64,000 nt of DNA from Octopus sinensis (GCF_006345805.1 NC_043017.1:16182001-16246000), one strand, 5' to 3'; positions 28,377 through 39,904 are shown, counted from the stretch's first letter. Made by a program: numbers and translations. Notes: a model not told the origin generated them from the letters alone.

Positions 28377-31300
28377 TCAGCACACATCAGCAAATGATTG
28401 CCCTTCCACCGTCAACAAATTCGCTTCTCCGTTCGTTTTGATCAGACCCTGACCATTTTTACCGTTTCCTTCACATCGATCTCTTCTCAGACCAGGACTG
28501 CTGCTACTGTTGCTACCGTCAGTTGCACTCGAACCTGTTTTTTTCTTTTCCGTCTTCTTCTCAGTTTTCTTCTGACGTTCCAACGCTCGTGCCCTCCTCT
28601 CCGGACTGTCTTCGTTATCGTGTTGGATCGAAAATATTCTCTGTCGCATGTAGACAAACGGACGGCTTTTCTTCGATTTGGCCGTTTTATCGTCCGCTGC
28701 TTGCGCAGAGGAAGCCGGAGACGCGGAGTTCGTCATATTAATGGCACTTGTAGGTCTGTTGGTATTGGCGTTGGTGCTTGACGTCTTTGAAGACGATGTT
28801 GGCGATGGTGACATGGCTTTCTTGCCCACTCTCAGACCGCTTTTTGGTGGCGACTTCGGAGAAGGTGTAGCACTTTTGGAATCATTGATAGACAGAGCTG
28901 AAGAACTGGACGATGTCGATACGGAGGCAGGTGAGGAATCTGGTCGCTGGTGGTGACGTTGTTGCCTTTTGCTGGAATCATTTGAAGTGTCTTTCTTTGG
29001 TTTTCGAGTGAGAAGTCGCTGCATGAAGCCAGTTTTCCGGGTCTGAGGGGAACATTCTCTACTACTGCCGCTTATACATGGACTATCTGGTGTCGCTAAC
29101 GTGTTCCTTTTGCCGGTAGCTGGAGAGGCTGGCTCGACAGAAGTGTCGTCAGCGGTCAGAGATGTACAGGTAGGAGACAAAGTGGAGAAGGTTTGTGCTG
29201 GGCATGAATCTGACATGGAGTTCGAATAACAGTTTGACATGGTAGTCAAGTCAGAAGGGTCTGAACAGCCGGGCGGGGTCCGAGTCTCAGTGATTGCCGG
29301 TAGCGATGGTAGCTGGTTTGTTGGTTTTGCATTAGTTATTGTGTAGTAATCTTTTATAGTGTCTTTCTGGGATTCGTTAAGTTTCCTGGTCGTTGGTATT
29401 TTACTTGTGGACTTTGGCGAGGTTTGTGGGGAGACACTAAGATCTTTAGGGGGGGCGTGTTTGGGAACTGTGACAATTTTTCCGGGTGCCGAGTTGTACC
29501 GCAACAAAGGCAGACGACTTGGAGAAGAATTTAATAAACCAGCTTGTTGTTGTTGCAGTTGTTGTTGTTGTAGTTGCTGTTGTTGTTGTTGTAACTGCAA
29601 ATCATTAGTTGGTGCACTAAACTGACGCGGAAGAGTCTGGCTTTTATCGAGGCCATTGGCAGCGGCGTTGACGTCTTTGTATCTACATTTTAATGTGGTG
29701 ATTGGCTGCGCTTTTCGAGTTGTGGTTCTCTCGCTGATTCGTTGATTATCGCTCAATGGCGAAGCAGACGACAGTGACGTGGACATTGTGTTGTTTGACG
29801 AAGCCATCGTTGTTAATAAAGTCGTTGAACAGCCGACACTGCAACTCATTGTTATCGCCGTTGCTGACGCCGTCGTTGCTGCTGCGGGACAGCTCGAATG
29901 TTTATTGTCGCCATGTCCTGATGACGTCACCGAAGTTGATGTTGAAGAAAACGCTAACAACGGAGACGAAAATAAAGAACTCTTTGGTCTTGTTGTTGTT
30001 GTTGGGGTCGTCAGAGAACAGGGTTCGGAACCTGATGTCGTCGCAGAAACAGTTCCAACCGAGTCAACGCTGCTTGACTCGGTGGTGCTGGTAGACCCCA
30101 GTAAGTCTTTCAACTCGGGCTTGCTTTTTCTGGCCAACGATTTCGGCGACAGTTCCCCAATCTCAGGGGCCTGTTTCGAAGTAGGGCTCTGTAGTTTATC
30201 GCGAACATTTTTCAACTTGTTGATACAAGCCGCTACCTGTTCATTGAGCTGTGATGAGTCAGTGGAAACTCCCTTCTCACTTGTACCACCACTGCATGTC
30301 ATTGTGTCCTTGTCCACACGATCGATCAGTAAGCTGTTCCTGGAAGCGATCGAAGACCTGTTGGAACCGGTTGATTTATCTGATTTATTCAAATAGAAAG
30401 TCATGGTTCCTTTGGAAAAGAGATATCGTGACTGTGTGCTAGTCTCCTTTTCATAGGTTACCTTACGCATGGTATTTACCCCTATACTCACTAGATGTTT
30501 CGAATCATCATCGTTTATCATCTGCAACAACGTCTGTGGGTCCGGTTCCTGACCCAGTGATTGCCCTTCACTCTCAGTGATCATCGGAGTTTGAGTGCCA
30601 GCCTCAACACTCTGACTATTCTCCATAGAAGTCTCGCTGTCCACCATCTCGATCTGTGTGTCCGAATCGTACTCGGAGTTGGCCGTATCTGTATCCGAGT
30701 GCAAATCGAACGCCGAGTCGGGCAAGAGATAGAGGTCGTTGATGTCGACCTCACTCATCAGACCCATGTAGGCGAGCGACTCGGTCGAAGTTGCAACGTC
30801 GTTGCATTCGGCAGCGACCAGGTTCGAGTTTCCCGGAGGGTCGCTGAAAGCTGCTTCGATCGACTTGTCCGCCACGGCGGTCTGAATGGTTTGGACATTG
30901 CGGTCAGTGAACTCTGTTAGTGCCGTGTTGAAGGATAGAACCATAGTCCCTTGATCGTGAGTCAGGGTGGGCGACGACATCGTGGCCCTATGCGCCACTT
31001 CAACGGGTTTCTGGAGACAGCACTTGTTACAAAGGGACGTGTTGTGGTTCTCCATTGATTCCAGCAAAGTCATCGTATTATTCCAGCCTCGAACACACTG
31101 GTGCATCATTCGATCGTCATCGTCTTCTGTAAGTTCGAAGAAAATATCGTCCTCGCTGGCCCCTTGGTCGGAATCAATAACCTCCGATATGTTAGCTATA
31201 TCTCCGCTCGGTTCCCCTTCGGCTAAAAGTAAAAAATCTTCAATGGTGCTGGTCCCTGCATCTGTCTCCGTCATGGTTCCCGTCTCCGATTGCGTGCTGC

Positions 31301-33887
31301 AATCGATCCACGTTTGACTGTCCTCACTGTGGATGTGGATGTTGGTCTGTGCATCAGTAGAGATCACTCTGTCAGTCAACGTCTCACTGTCCTGTGTGAA
31401 TATACTGGTTTCAGTTTGGCAGTCGGCATGCTCCACCGCCTCCGTCGACATTCCTTGACTGACGAGCACCGGATTCAACGTTGAAACTCCGACTTCACAC
31501 ATCGGTATTAAGATGGGTGATGTGGCGGTGTTGATGAATTCTGTGCGGTCCGTCAGTGTCCAGTTATCGACCGTCTTTAACACTGACGTCAGAGTCTGCG
31601 AATCCCTCATCTTTAGCGATTCTGTTTCGGTGCAAACGTCACTAAAACAGCTGGATGACCGTTTCGATGCCGATGTGGCCGACAAGCAACGATTTGTGGA
31701 TCCTTCAATGTCTTCGAATAGAATTCCAGGCAAATCATTTATTGGAGACGTCTCACCGTCAACAAATACTTTCTCTTCTAAGGTGAGTATTTGGTCACCG
31801 GTTCCAGTGTCTTTATAGTTCGGTCTGACACTGACCCCCACCGAAATAGTGGTCGGTTTGACCTCGCTCGAGGCACTGGCCGTTTTCACTGCATCCGTAG
31901 ATGTTCCCTGGGTGGTAATCTGTGACGAGAGTAAAGATGAAGTATCGGTTTCCATATTTCTCGTCTCCTTCTGACCGTTGCGAGAGTGGGTGCTCTCTGG
32001 ACTTCCACGCCCAGATGACCGTGTCGGGGTTGGGGGCGTGCTGGGAGATGGAGGGGAAGATTTGCCACTATCTTGGTAGCGAGGCACGTGAGGTTCAGAA
32101 AACTTCTGCTGCAAAGCAAGGATATCGGCGCTGAGTCTGCGAGATTTTCTGTCGACGACAGGACTGCAAGACCCGGAGTCATGCGAAAGATGCGAACTAA
32201 CCCTACGGTCACAAATCAATACCTTGTCCGTATTGATCGACGCACAGCTTGTGAGAACTGAACCCTCTCCAATACCTTTTTCTTCAGTTCTGGCCGGCTG
32301 TTTGTCTGCTGGACCTCGTGAAGGAGATAAAAGACTTTGTATTTCCAAACCAGATTTTTTGGCTCGTTGCAGCAGCAGCAGATCTTCAGTACTGACGTCA
32401 TCGAGAGACGATATACTCACTTCCGTTTCCATGGATTTTGATTCAGTGGTGACATTCTTCTTCAAAGTCTCGCAGATCGATGTAATATTTGCATCGTCAT
32501 TCAAATACGTCTGACTCCTCCTTGACCGACTCTGTGGTGGGTCAGTCATTGTTCCACGTGACTTTGGATCAATCCAATAGACTTCCGTCGATTTATCTCT
32601 TGTGTGGTTGGTATCGGTGCCAGCCAACCGATTCACCGTTTCTATTTTCGCCGTCTGCGAGGCTGCAGTTCCCCGGTTAACATCGGTCGACATTGTGGTG
32701 GAACTTGTCATCGATGTCACACAATCGGTCTGCATATCGATATGTTTCATCTCAGACCTCATCGACCGATTAAACGCTGAACAATTCGCTTCTTTTTCGC
32801 TGGTGATGTTCATATCTTCTTCTTCTCGGCCCGGAACACTGATGTGGCCCAACTTAACGAAGCCAGGTACAAACTTTATATTAGTTGCCAAATGTTGTGG
32901 AACTTCCGGTAAATCCGGTTGCAGTAAGACATCCAGTTTCTTTTGAAGTTCTTTTTTGAGAAGAAGAATTTCAATTCCTTTATCTTTGACGATGATCTCA
33001 GCCAGGCTGCAAGTGTTCTGTAAATTATCGAAGTTTTCCTGAAGCCAGGATTTATTTTCGAGAAAATCAAGAATCTCATCTCCAAACATGGCGTCTACTT
33101 TCTGCAGAAGTTGTTTCTCTGTTTGGCGCACTTGCGATATATAACTGATGGCTAAGTCTCGTATGCGTTCCCTGGTATCCTTTAAGGCCCCTTCACACTT
33201 ATTGATCATCCCCAATTTCATTCGTAAATCAATCAAGCGGTCTTTACCATGACTAAGTAAGTTTTCGATGGTCGATTTATATTTGGCTGAACCCTCGTTG
33301 AACGAGCATATTTCGTGGTCACGGTGTTCTTGGAATGTGCAAACCACACAAATACATTCATCACAAGGTTCGCAATAGAAGCGCACAATCTCCCCGGAAT
33401 GAGCTTTACATTCAATGTCCTTCTCCCCTTCTAAATCAAACAAACTATGGTTCTGCGTTACTTTCGTTGTCATATGAAGCTTCACGCATGACTTACACAT
33501 CAGTTTGGAACATTCCAAGCACTTCGAACACGCCTCATTGCTTCTGCTACGCACGGTGTGACAAATCTCACAGGGCTGCACTTTTGTAGTCTTCAACCGA
33601 TTGAGAACGTCTGTGAGGTTGGAAACCAGAAAGTTATCCGGTAACCTCCGGATTCCTCCGGTCGGTATCTCCGTCTTCTTACGGCATATTGGACAATAAA
33701 CGTGGCGTGAGTAGAGCGTGTAACGAGAGGTTCTCTCCTGCTCGGAGTCGACATGTTTCTGTAAGCAGTTGCTGCAAAAGGTGTGCAGACACGTCAACGT
33801 TTTGGGGTTCTTGTACGCCTCGAAGCAGATCTTGCACACCAGAAACTGCTCGTTAATCTCCTTCATAAGTTTCAGGTTCGTTGCCAT
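28377..33887 (-). CDS. TRIM/RBCC E3-ligase-like protein with a very long disordered C-terminus (1836 aa, single uninterrupted ORF)
   Basis: C3HC4 RING (CKIC..CLHTFCSNC..CPIC), B-box1 (CEIC..CLEC..CKSC..H..H), B-box2 (CKAH..CEPC..CVVC..H..H), then a coiled coil. 5.5 kb without a stop in AT-rich DNA. No NHL, filamin or SPRY domain recognisable. Confidence 0.95.
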   Translation of the reverse strand: MATNLKLMKEINEQFLVCKICFEAYKNPKTLTCLHTFCSNCLQKHVDSEQERTSRYTLYSRHVYCPICRKKTEIPTGGIRRLPDNFLVSNLTDVLNRLKTTKVQPCEICHTVRSRSNEACSKCLECSKLMCKSCVKLHMTTKVTQNHSLFDLEGEKDIECKAHSGEIVRFYCEPCDECICVVCTFQEHRDHEICSFNEGSAKYKSTIENLLSHGKDRLIDLRMKLGMINKCEGALKDTRERIRDLAISYISQVRQTEKQLLQKVDAMFGDEILDFLENKSWLQENFDNLQNTCSLAEIIVKDKGIEILLLKKELQKKLDVLLQPDLPEVPQHLATNIKFVPGFVKLGHISVPGREEEDMNITSEKEANCSAFNRSMRSEMKHIDMQTDCVTSMTSSTTMSTDVNRGTAASQTAKIETVNRLAGTDTNHTRDKSTEVYWIDPKSRGTMTDPPQSRSRRSQTYLNDDANITSICETLKKNVTTESKSMETEVSISSLDDVSTEDLLLLQRAKKSGLEIQSLLSPSRGPADKQPARTEEKGIGEGSVLTSCASINTDKVLICDRRVSSHLSHDSGSCSPVVDRKSRRLSADILALQQKFSEPHVPRYQDSGKSSPPSPSTPPTPTRSSGRGSPESTHSRNGQKETRNMETDTSSLLSSQITTQGTSTDAVKTASASSEVKPTTISVGVSVRPNYKDTGTGDQILTLEEKVFVDGETSPINDLPGILFEDIEGSTNRCLSATSASKRSSSCFSDVCTETESLKMRDSQTLTSVLKTVDNWTLTDRTEFINTATSPILIPMCEVGVSTLNPVLVSQGMSTEAVEHADCQTETSIFTQDSETLTDRVISTDAQTNIHIHSEDSQTWIDCSTQSETGTMTETDAGTSTIEDFLLLAEGEPSGDIANISEVIDSDQGASEDDIFFELTEDDDDRMMHQCVRGWNNTMTLLESMENHNTSLCNKCCLQKPVEVAHRATMSSPTLTHDQGTMVLSFNTALTEFTDRNVQTIQTAVADKSIEAAFSDPPGNSNLVAAECNDVATSTESLAYMGLMSEVDINDLYLLPDSAFDLHSDTDTANSEYDSDTQIEMVDSETSMENSQSVEAGTQTPMITESEGQSLGQEPDPQTLLQMINDDDSKHLVSIGVNTMRKVTYEKETSTQSRYLFSKGTMTFYLNKSDKSTGSNRSSIASRNSLLIDRVDKDTMTCSGGTSEKGVSTDSSQLNEQVAACINKLKNVRDKLQSPTSKQAPEIGELSPKSLARKSKPELKDLLGSTSTTESSSVDSVGTVSATTSGSEPCSLTTPTTTTRPKSSLFSSPLLAFSSTSTSVTSSGHGDNKHSSCPAAATTASATAITMSCSVGCSTTLLTTMASSNNTMSTSLSSASPLSDNQRISERTTTRKAQPITTLKCRYKDVNAAANGLDKSQTLPRQFSAPTNDLQLQQQQQQLQQQQLQQQQAGLLNSSPSRLPLLRYNSAPGKIVTVPKHAPPKDLSVSPQTSPKSTSKIPTTRKLNESQKDTIKDYYTITNAKPTNQLPSLPAITETRTPPGCSDPSDLTTMSNCYSNSMSDSCPAQTFSTLSPTCTSLTADDTSVEPASPATGKRNTLATPDSPCISGSSRECSPQTRKTGFMQRLLTRKPKKDTSNDSSKRQQRHHQRPDSSPASVSTSSSSSALSINDSKSATPSPKSPPKSGLRVGKKAMSPSPTSSSKTSSTNANTNRPTSAINMTNSASPASSAQAADDKTAKSKKSRPFVYMRQRIFSIQHDNEDSPERRARALERQKKTEKKTEKKKTGSSATDGSNSSSSPGLRRDRCEGNGKNGQGLIKTNGEANLLTVEGQSFADVC

Positions 33888-34562
33888 AGTTACTCACACT
33901 TTCTGAAATGCTCGTGGTTTCTATTTATTTATATATTTCCTGGCGGTGGAGGGGTGAGTGGGTCGGAGTTGTTGCTGTTATTATTGTTGTTGCTGATTTT
34001 GTTCGTGTCAGCCTGTGGAATTTGAGGCAAACTGACGCGAAAATTGATGCGATGTGGTGTTGGTGTTGGTGTCGATGTTGGCTGGGAAGTTAAAAATGAC
34101 GTCTGTGCTGGATGCAACGATTTCTTCAACAGTTTCGCTTCACACTCTACAATCACACACACAAACAAAATAAAAAAAACCTTTCTACCGCTTCAGAGCT
34201 TCTCTTACCTTTCACCGACGCCCCCACCACTAAACGCACCTCAACCCCTTTCTCTCTCTCTCTCTCTCTATCTCTATTTCTCTCTACTCCCTCTCGTTCG
34301 ACACCTCCGCCTCACACTCCTACTCTCTCCCTCTCTATCTTATTTTTATCTCAACTCCTCACGTCTTTCCTCTCCTCCCACCGTAAAAAACGTCCCTCCC
34401 TCCCTCCCACCTATTTAAATTATTTTATATATTCCCTCCTCCTCTCGCTCTCACTCCACCTCTCTCACTGCTTCTCCCTCCCTCACACTCTTTCTTATAC
34501 TCTGCCTACTCCTCTCTAACCAACCCTCTTCCCTCCTACCCACTCTCTTTATTACTCAATCC

Positions 34563-34598
<36 letters not shown>

Positions 34599-34991
34599 CC
34601 TCTCTTTCTATCTTACTCGTAGCTCTTGAAATCAACGTCAGTGCGCGCAAGCGAGTGAATGCACGCGCGCGCGCGCGTGTGTGTGTGTATAAGAGTAAGG
34701 ACACGTGCTTTCTCCCCTTTTTATGCCTGAATCTGTGTGTGTGTGTATGTGTGTGTGTAGCCAGATAGATAGATTGGTGCGATTATCACTTGATAAAATT
34801 ATACGATGTTAGTTGTATACAGATGTATATAAAAGAACTGCGGATTCTGTTGCTTGTGTATATATATATATATATACAGCGCGTGCGTTCACTTAACTCT
34901 TTCAATAAGTATATGACTATATGAATGTATAAAATAAATACACGCGTGCTTATGTTTGTTTATATATCAAAGTCCGTGCGAGCAGGCGTGC

Positions 34992-35039
<48 letters not shown>

Positions 35040-35050
35040 GTGTGTGTGTG

Positions 35051-35082
<32 letters not shown>

Positions 35083-35227
35083 GTGTGTGCGTGTGTGTGT
35101 GCGTGTGTGTTTGTGTGTTCGAGTTGCAGCCGAAGGAAGAAGAAGTTAAGAAGGCGTGAATGTAAGGAACTAAGTTTGGGTATCTGAAGAGAATCTTCTG
35201 TGGAAGAAAGTCTTCTACTTAAGTTAC

Positions 35228-35362
35228 CTGAGTAATGAAATGACAGGCACAGTGTTCGGTGTTGGAGAAGAACTCGGTATCTGCTGCTGCCTCTAGTTTT
35301 GCTGAGGAGGGAAACACACCTGTTTTTGGCAAAACAGAGCAACGCAGCCGATAAACAAACAT
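35228..35362 (-). other. Candidate upstream exon/uORF of the TRIM locus
   Basis: CCACCATG, 45 open codons (MFVYRLRCSVLPKTG..HFITQ), ending at CAG|GTAACT. Confidence 0.3.
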
Positions 35363-36269
35363 GGTGGATGCTGTTGCAACCGTTCGGCGCGTGTTGGCGG
35401 TGTTGGTGTTGAAATATTTCGGGGTAGGTAGATAGGTAGGGTGTTGAAATAGTTGGTAATTTGGTAGAGAGATTAGGAGCTTCGTTGCTAAGCTATATAT
35501 AGAGAGACAGAGGTTAATGTCGAGGGTGTATATATATTTATATATAAGTAGATGGCAGTGTGTGTAGACAGAAAGACGAGTGATTAGATAGATAGATAGA
35601 TAGATAGATAGAAGGGTGTGAGTCTTAATTTCTTCTTTCTTTTTTACTTTGTGTATTCCTTTTTTTTAAGTAATTATTTTAGTTTTCAAAACTTTAGACA
35701 AGTCTCTTTTTTTTAAGATTTCTTGTTATAATTTGTTGTTCTTCTGTTTCGTTTTTCACTTCTCTGTATTTTCGACAGGAAGTATAATTCTTCGGATTGA
35801 TAATTAGCGATGATTAATAATAATAATAATAATAACAGATTATTATTATTATTATTATTGCTTTTGTTGTTGTTGTTGTTTATATTCGAAAAGAAAAGCT
35901 GTTATAAAAGAAAAGAAAACGTTTAAACAAAAATACTTGATACAAAAATAGCAAAAAAATCAAAATAATTAAGAATAATAAATTAATTACTGAAATACAT
36001 TTAATTAAATGATATTCGTATTAAAATATCAACTGAAGCATAATAATTATCTGGTGGTTTCGTTTATATATTTATCTTTTACTTGTTTCAGTCATTAGAC
36101 TACGGCCATGCTGGGGCATCGCTTTCAATGGGTGCAGTCAAAAGAATTAATATCAGATATTTATGTCATTCTCCTATGCCGAACTGTAAACAAACCAACA
36201 CCGGTTGTCAAGCAGTCATGGGGAAGAAACACAAAGACACCACACACACACACACACCACACACACACA

Positions 36270-36600
36270 CAGAGGCGTGGCTGTGTAATAATAAGTTTGC
36301 TTCCCAGCCACATGGTTCCGGGTTCAAGCCCCACTGCATGGCACCTTGGCCAAGTGTCTTCTAATGTAGCCTCAAGTCGATCAAAGCCTTGTGAGAGGAA
36401 TTTTGTGACGGAAACTGAAAGAAGCCCGTCGTATATATATATGTGTGTGTGTGTGTGTGTCCTACAACTGCTTGCAACCGGTGTTGGTGTGTTTACGTCC
36501 CCGTAACTTAGCGGCTCGGCAAAAAAGACCGATTGAATAAATACCAGGCTAACTTCTGGGGTCGATTCAAAGAAGTGCACCAGCATGGCCGCAGCCAGGT
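36270..36600 (+). mobile_element. SINE family A
   Basis: Head, core and tail. A second, inverted tail fragment lies at 36070-36250. Confidence 0.8.
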
Positions 36601-36695
36601 GATTGATGACCGGCTTCTTTTAGTTTCCAATTCACTCACCAGACTGCTGCTGGATCAGATCTAAATAATTATTTATAATTTTTTTTTATTTAACA

Positions 36696-36921
36696 CAGTA
36701 AACTCTCGCCATTTCACGGTTCACTTGTCGCCTTTTCTTATTTAAGCTGACCTCCATCCCTCCGTGGGCGTATTTTGCATTTATAATAAAATAAATATAT
36801 ATCAATTATAAAAATGATTTTAAAATATATAGAGCACAGTACTGTTTCTACTTCGCAGATTTCCACCTATCGCGGTGGTGGGGGTGGAAACGTAACACCC
36901 GCGATAGTCGAGGGATTTCTG
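36696..36921. mobile_element. Tigger/pogo-type MITE
   Basis: Imperfect TIRs CAGTAAACTCTCGCCATTTCACGG / CCGCGATAGTCGAGGGATTTCTG. Confidence 0.65.
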
Positions 36922-37559
36922 TTAATATAATAAAGGAAAACCCAGCAACTGACAGCTGTTACCATGGCACAGAAACAATTGCTGTGGTTTGTAATTAAAG
37001 CCTGTCCATTCCGTCTTCTTGTATAAATGTTTACATACATTCACGGCTTGGGTCGACTTGGGGCCATAGAAGAAGACACTTGCCCAAGGTGGCACCCAGT
37101 GGGACTGAACCTGGAACCATGTGCTAAGCATATGATTCAGAATTTGCGAAGGATGGGCGCGTTGGCAGCGAGGAAGGGATGGGATGTAGTCGTTTGCGTC
37201 TGCACCCACCACCACTACCAAGCCCTTTGCTCCCCCAATGTATGACTGGTGCTATTAGTTAATCTGTCCATCCGCGGGTGGATGAAATTTGTGAGTTTTA
37301 GCTAAAGCGAGGTTTGAAACGTGAACTTGATGGTGGCGGTGGTGGCGACTGTGGTGATGGTAAGAGTTGTAGAAATGGTAATGACGATGATGATGATGAG
37401 AATGTGGTGGTGGTGGTGGTAGTGATGATAATGATGATGATTAAGCTGATGGCACTCAAAGCTCAAGTGTAGAATTACGTAGCAACGAAATTAACAACCG
37501 CCGCCTCCATTACGAGTTTTACTACTACTACAACTACTACTACTACTACTACTTACAAT

Positions 37560-37785
37560 TTCAACGGTTTCTGATTTAGGCACGTGGCCCTCGATTTTGA
37601 AAAGAGAGGATTGGTTGATACCATTGGCATCAGTACTTAACTGGTACTTTATTTTAATCAACCCAAAAGGATGATAAATTAAGTCGACTTCGGTGGGATT
37701 TGAACGCAAAACATAGCCGAAAGAAATACCGCTAAGCAGTTTATCCGACGCTCTAACGATTCGGCCAGCACACCACCGTTGGTGA
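37560..37785 (-). mobile_element. SINE family B
   Basis: Reverse family B core and head. Confidence 0.75.
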
Positions 37786-37859
37786 GGATATAGAAACCAA
37801 TGTTCAACTTTACACACTCATAGTCTGACGTCACAGTAAAGAAACAACAACAGGAGTGG

Positions 37860-38040
37860 AGGTGCAATGGCCCAGTGGTTAGTGCAGTGGACTAGCGGTC
37901 GTAAGAACGCGGTTTCGATTCCCAGACCGGGCATTGTGAGTGTTTATTGAGCAAAAACACCTAAGCTCCACGAGGCTCCAGCGGGGGTGGGAGTGAACCC
38001 CGCTGTACTCTTTCACCACAACTTTCTCTTTCTTCCTACT
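37860..38040 (+). mobile_element. tRNA-headed SINE (family D)
   Basis: A box TGGCCCAGTGG and B box GGTTTCGATTCC followed by a non-tRNA body. Confidence 0.65.
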
Positions 38041-38315
38041 TCTGCCACAAAACAGAGGCACCATGGTGTAACCCACTATGGTGTGGTAAATTTTCAGACC
38101 CTAGTCTAGATTGCGAATCCTCTGCACCCCAGGATGGTTCGGGTCTCCACCCGTTAAAAGCCACCGTTTACGTTCGGAGCTTTCGCGCCCGTGCAACCGC
38201 CAGTCTATCACGTGCGGTGGGGGGGATCTTCAAGTTTCCACACGCATTCTTAGTAGCTTAGAGTAGGCTCGAATTAGAGATTATTCTTTGTGGCTAATGG
38301 CGTGAGTCCTGATTG

Positions 38316-38400
38316 GAAGAAAGAAGAAGAAGAAGAAGAAGAAGAAGAAGAAGAAGAAGAAGAAGAAGAAGAAGAAGAAGAAGAAGAAGAAGAAGAAGAA
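38316..38400. repeat. (GAA)n microsatellite
   Basis: Perfect tract, read directly. Confidence 0.95.
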
Positions 38401-38799
38401 GATCCTTTTTTTGCTTGGCTACAGCTGTGGAAATTTTAAACTTTAGTGGAAATCTTAAAATTTGGTGTATTGATGTATCAGGAGATAATTCACTTTTTGC
38501 AGAAAAACTTTTTTTTTAAAGAGTTATAGAGGTTTAAAGTTTGATCGTTTTTATCCAATCCGAAAACAGGATTTGGAAGCCGTCATTTTGTGCGTGACAG
38601 TACTAGTTGTCAACATTGCGACGATGGCACATGCTTTGATATCAGACTGTAAAATGAAATATTGGCGGGATTCCGCTTTATGCACGCCATATACCCTCCC
38701 ACAACTTTTTTTTATTTTTTGAAATTTTCAGAAAATTCTTGCGAATTTGTATTCTACACACGATTCATATGGTTATGTAAATAATAATAATAATAATAA

Positions 38800-38836
<37 letters not shown>

Positions 38837-39150
38837 TTTGGTACGTGATTTAAGGCCTTTTTAGCTATTTTTAGCACATCTCACGACCCCACCTCATACC
38901 TCATGTGTCTTAAGAATTTAATAAGCGAAAAATGATAAGCAACTTGGTAACAGCTTAGCTTACTGTGGCTTTTGATTTGCTAAAATTACCCAAAATTTAC
39001 AAATTTAAAAACTATTAACTTTATTTAATGATTTATGGTAAAAATGAATTTCATGTCAATTATTATCATACAAAACTACGCCAATACACCAAATATGAAA
39101 CAAATATAATTTGTAGAACTTGAAAAGTGGCAGCCAAACAGAAAAGATCC
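38400..39150. mobile_element. Old MITE-like element with ~140-bp imperfect inverted ends
   Basis: GATCCTTTTTTGCTTGGCTAC..ATTTGGTGTATTGATGTA vs the reverse complement of TACGCCAATACACCAAAT..GCAGCCAAACAGAAAAGATCC. Confidence 0.55.
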
Positions 39151-39904
39151 CCAACAACAACAATAAATATCCCTAATTACGTAAATTAATTTTGAGATTA
39201 ATTCTTAATCTTTTTCGAAATTATCTCCCTCTGTTTATGAGAGTCATTTAACAATCATCTCCCGCCCCCTTTTAATTGACAGTCTTCAACAATTACCGCT
39301 GGATTTTCGTTTCCTTTCTTCAGCAACGTAATTTTCTGTCGTAATTAGACAGTGGTTTCGGCCCACACTAATTCTCAGTTGACTATTTAACACCGTTTGG
39401 ACGTCTATTTTGGATCATACTTCAGCAACAAGGTAACAAATAACTGCTATCCACCGATCCGCCAGCAGGAACCGAAACCGTGTCGCTCCATATTGGCTTA
39501 GATGTAAAATTGTATTGTTTGCGTCCACTACAGCCTGTAAGCCCTAAATCGAGGCTCTTTTCAATCAACGGCTACCGACCTAGGCTCAACCGCATAACAT
39601 CCAGATCGATAGCGTCACTACTCAACATTCGAACGAGTGCCACCGAGAATGGGTTATATCAGGGCGACCACCAGACAACCGAAAGCACTGCATGACACAC
39701 TTTGAAGAGCAACACGTCTCTCAGTGCCCTTTCTGTAGAAGGCTCGGCGTCCTTAACTAAAAACCAGCATCCTTAACTAAAAACGGTGCAACAAGTCATC
39801 GCTACAACAAGGAACAAACTTTCGGATGCTAAGCCCAACACCAACGCCACAGTGCCGCACCGTTTTAGCCCTTCGAACATGTTCCTTCAATAATTGCGCC
39901 GTGA

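Noticed and set aside
28398-34025. Plus-strand ORFs overlapping the TRIM gene (e.g. 29779-30396)
   Set aside because: Antisense shadows of a real coding sequence, with no independent motifs.
37860-37935. tRNA genes here and at other A/B-box sites
   Set aside because: No complete cloverleaf or acceptor stem; the heads continue into SINE bodies.
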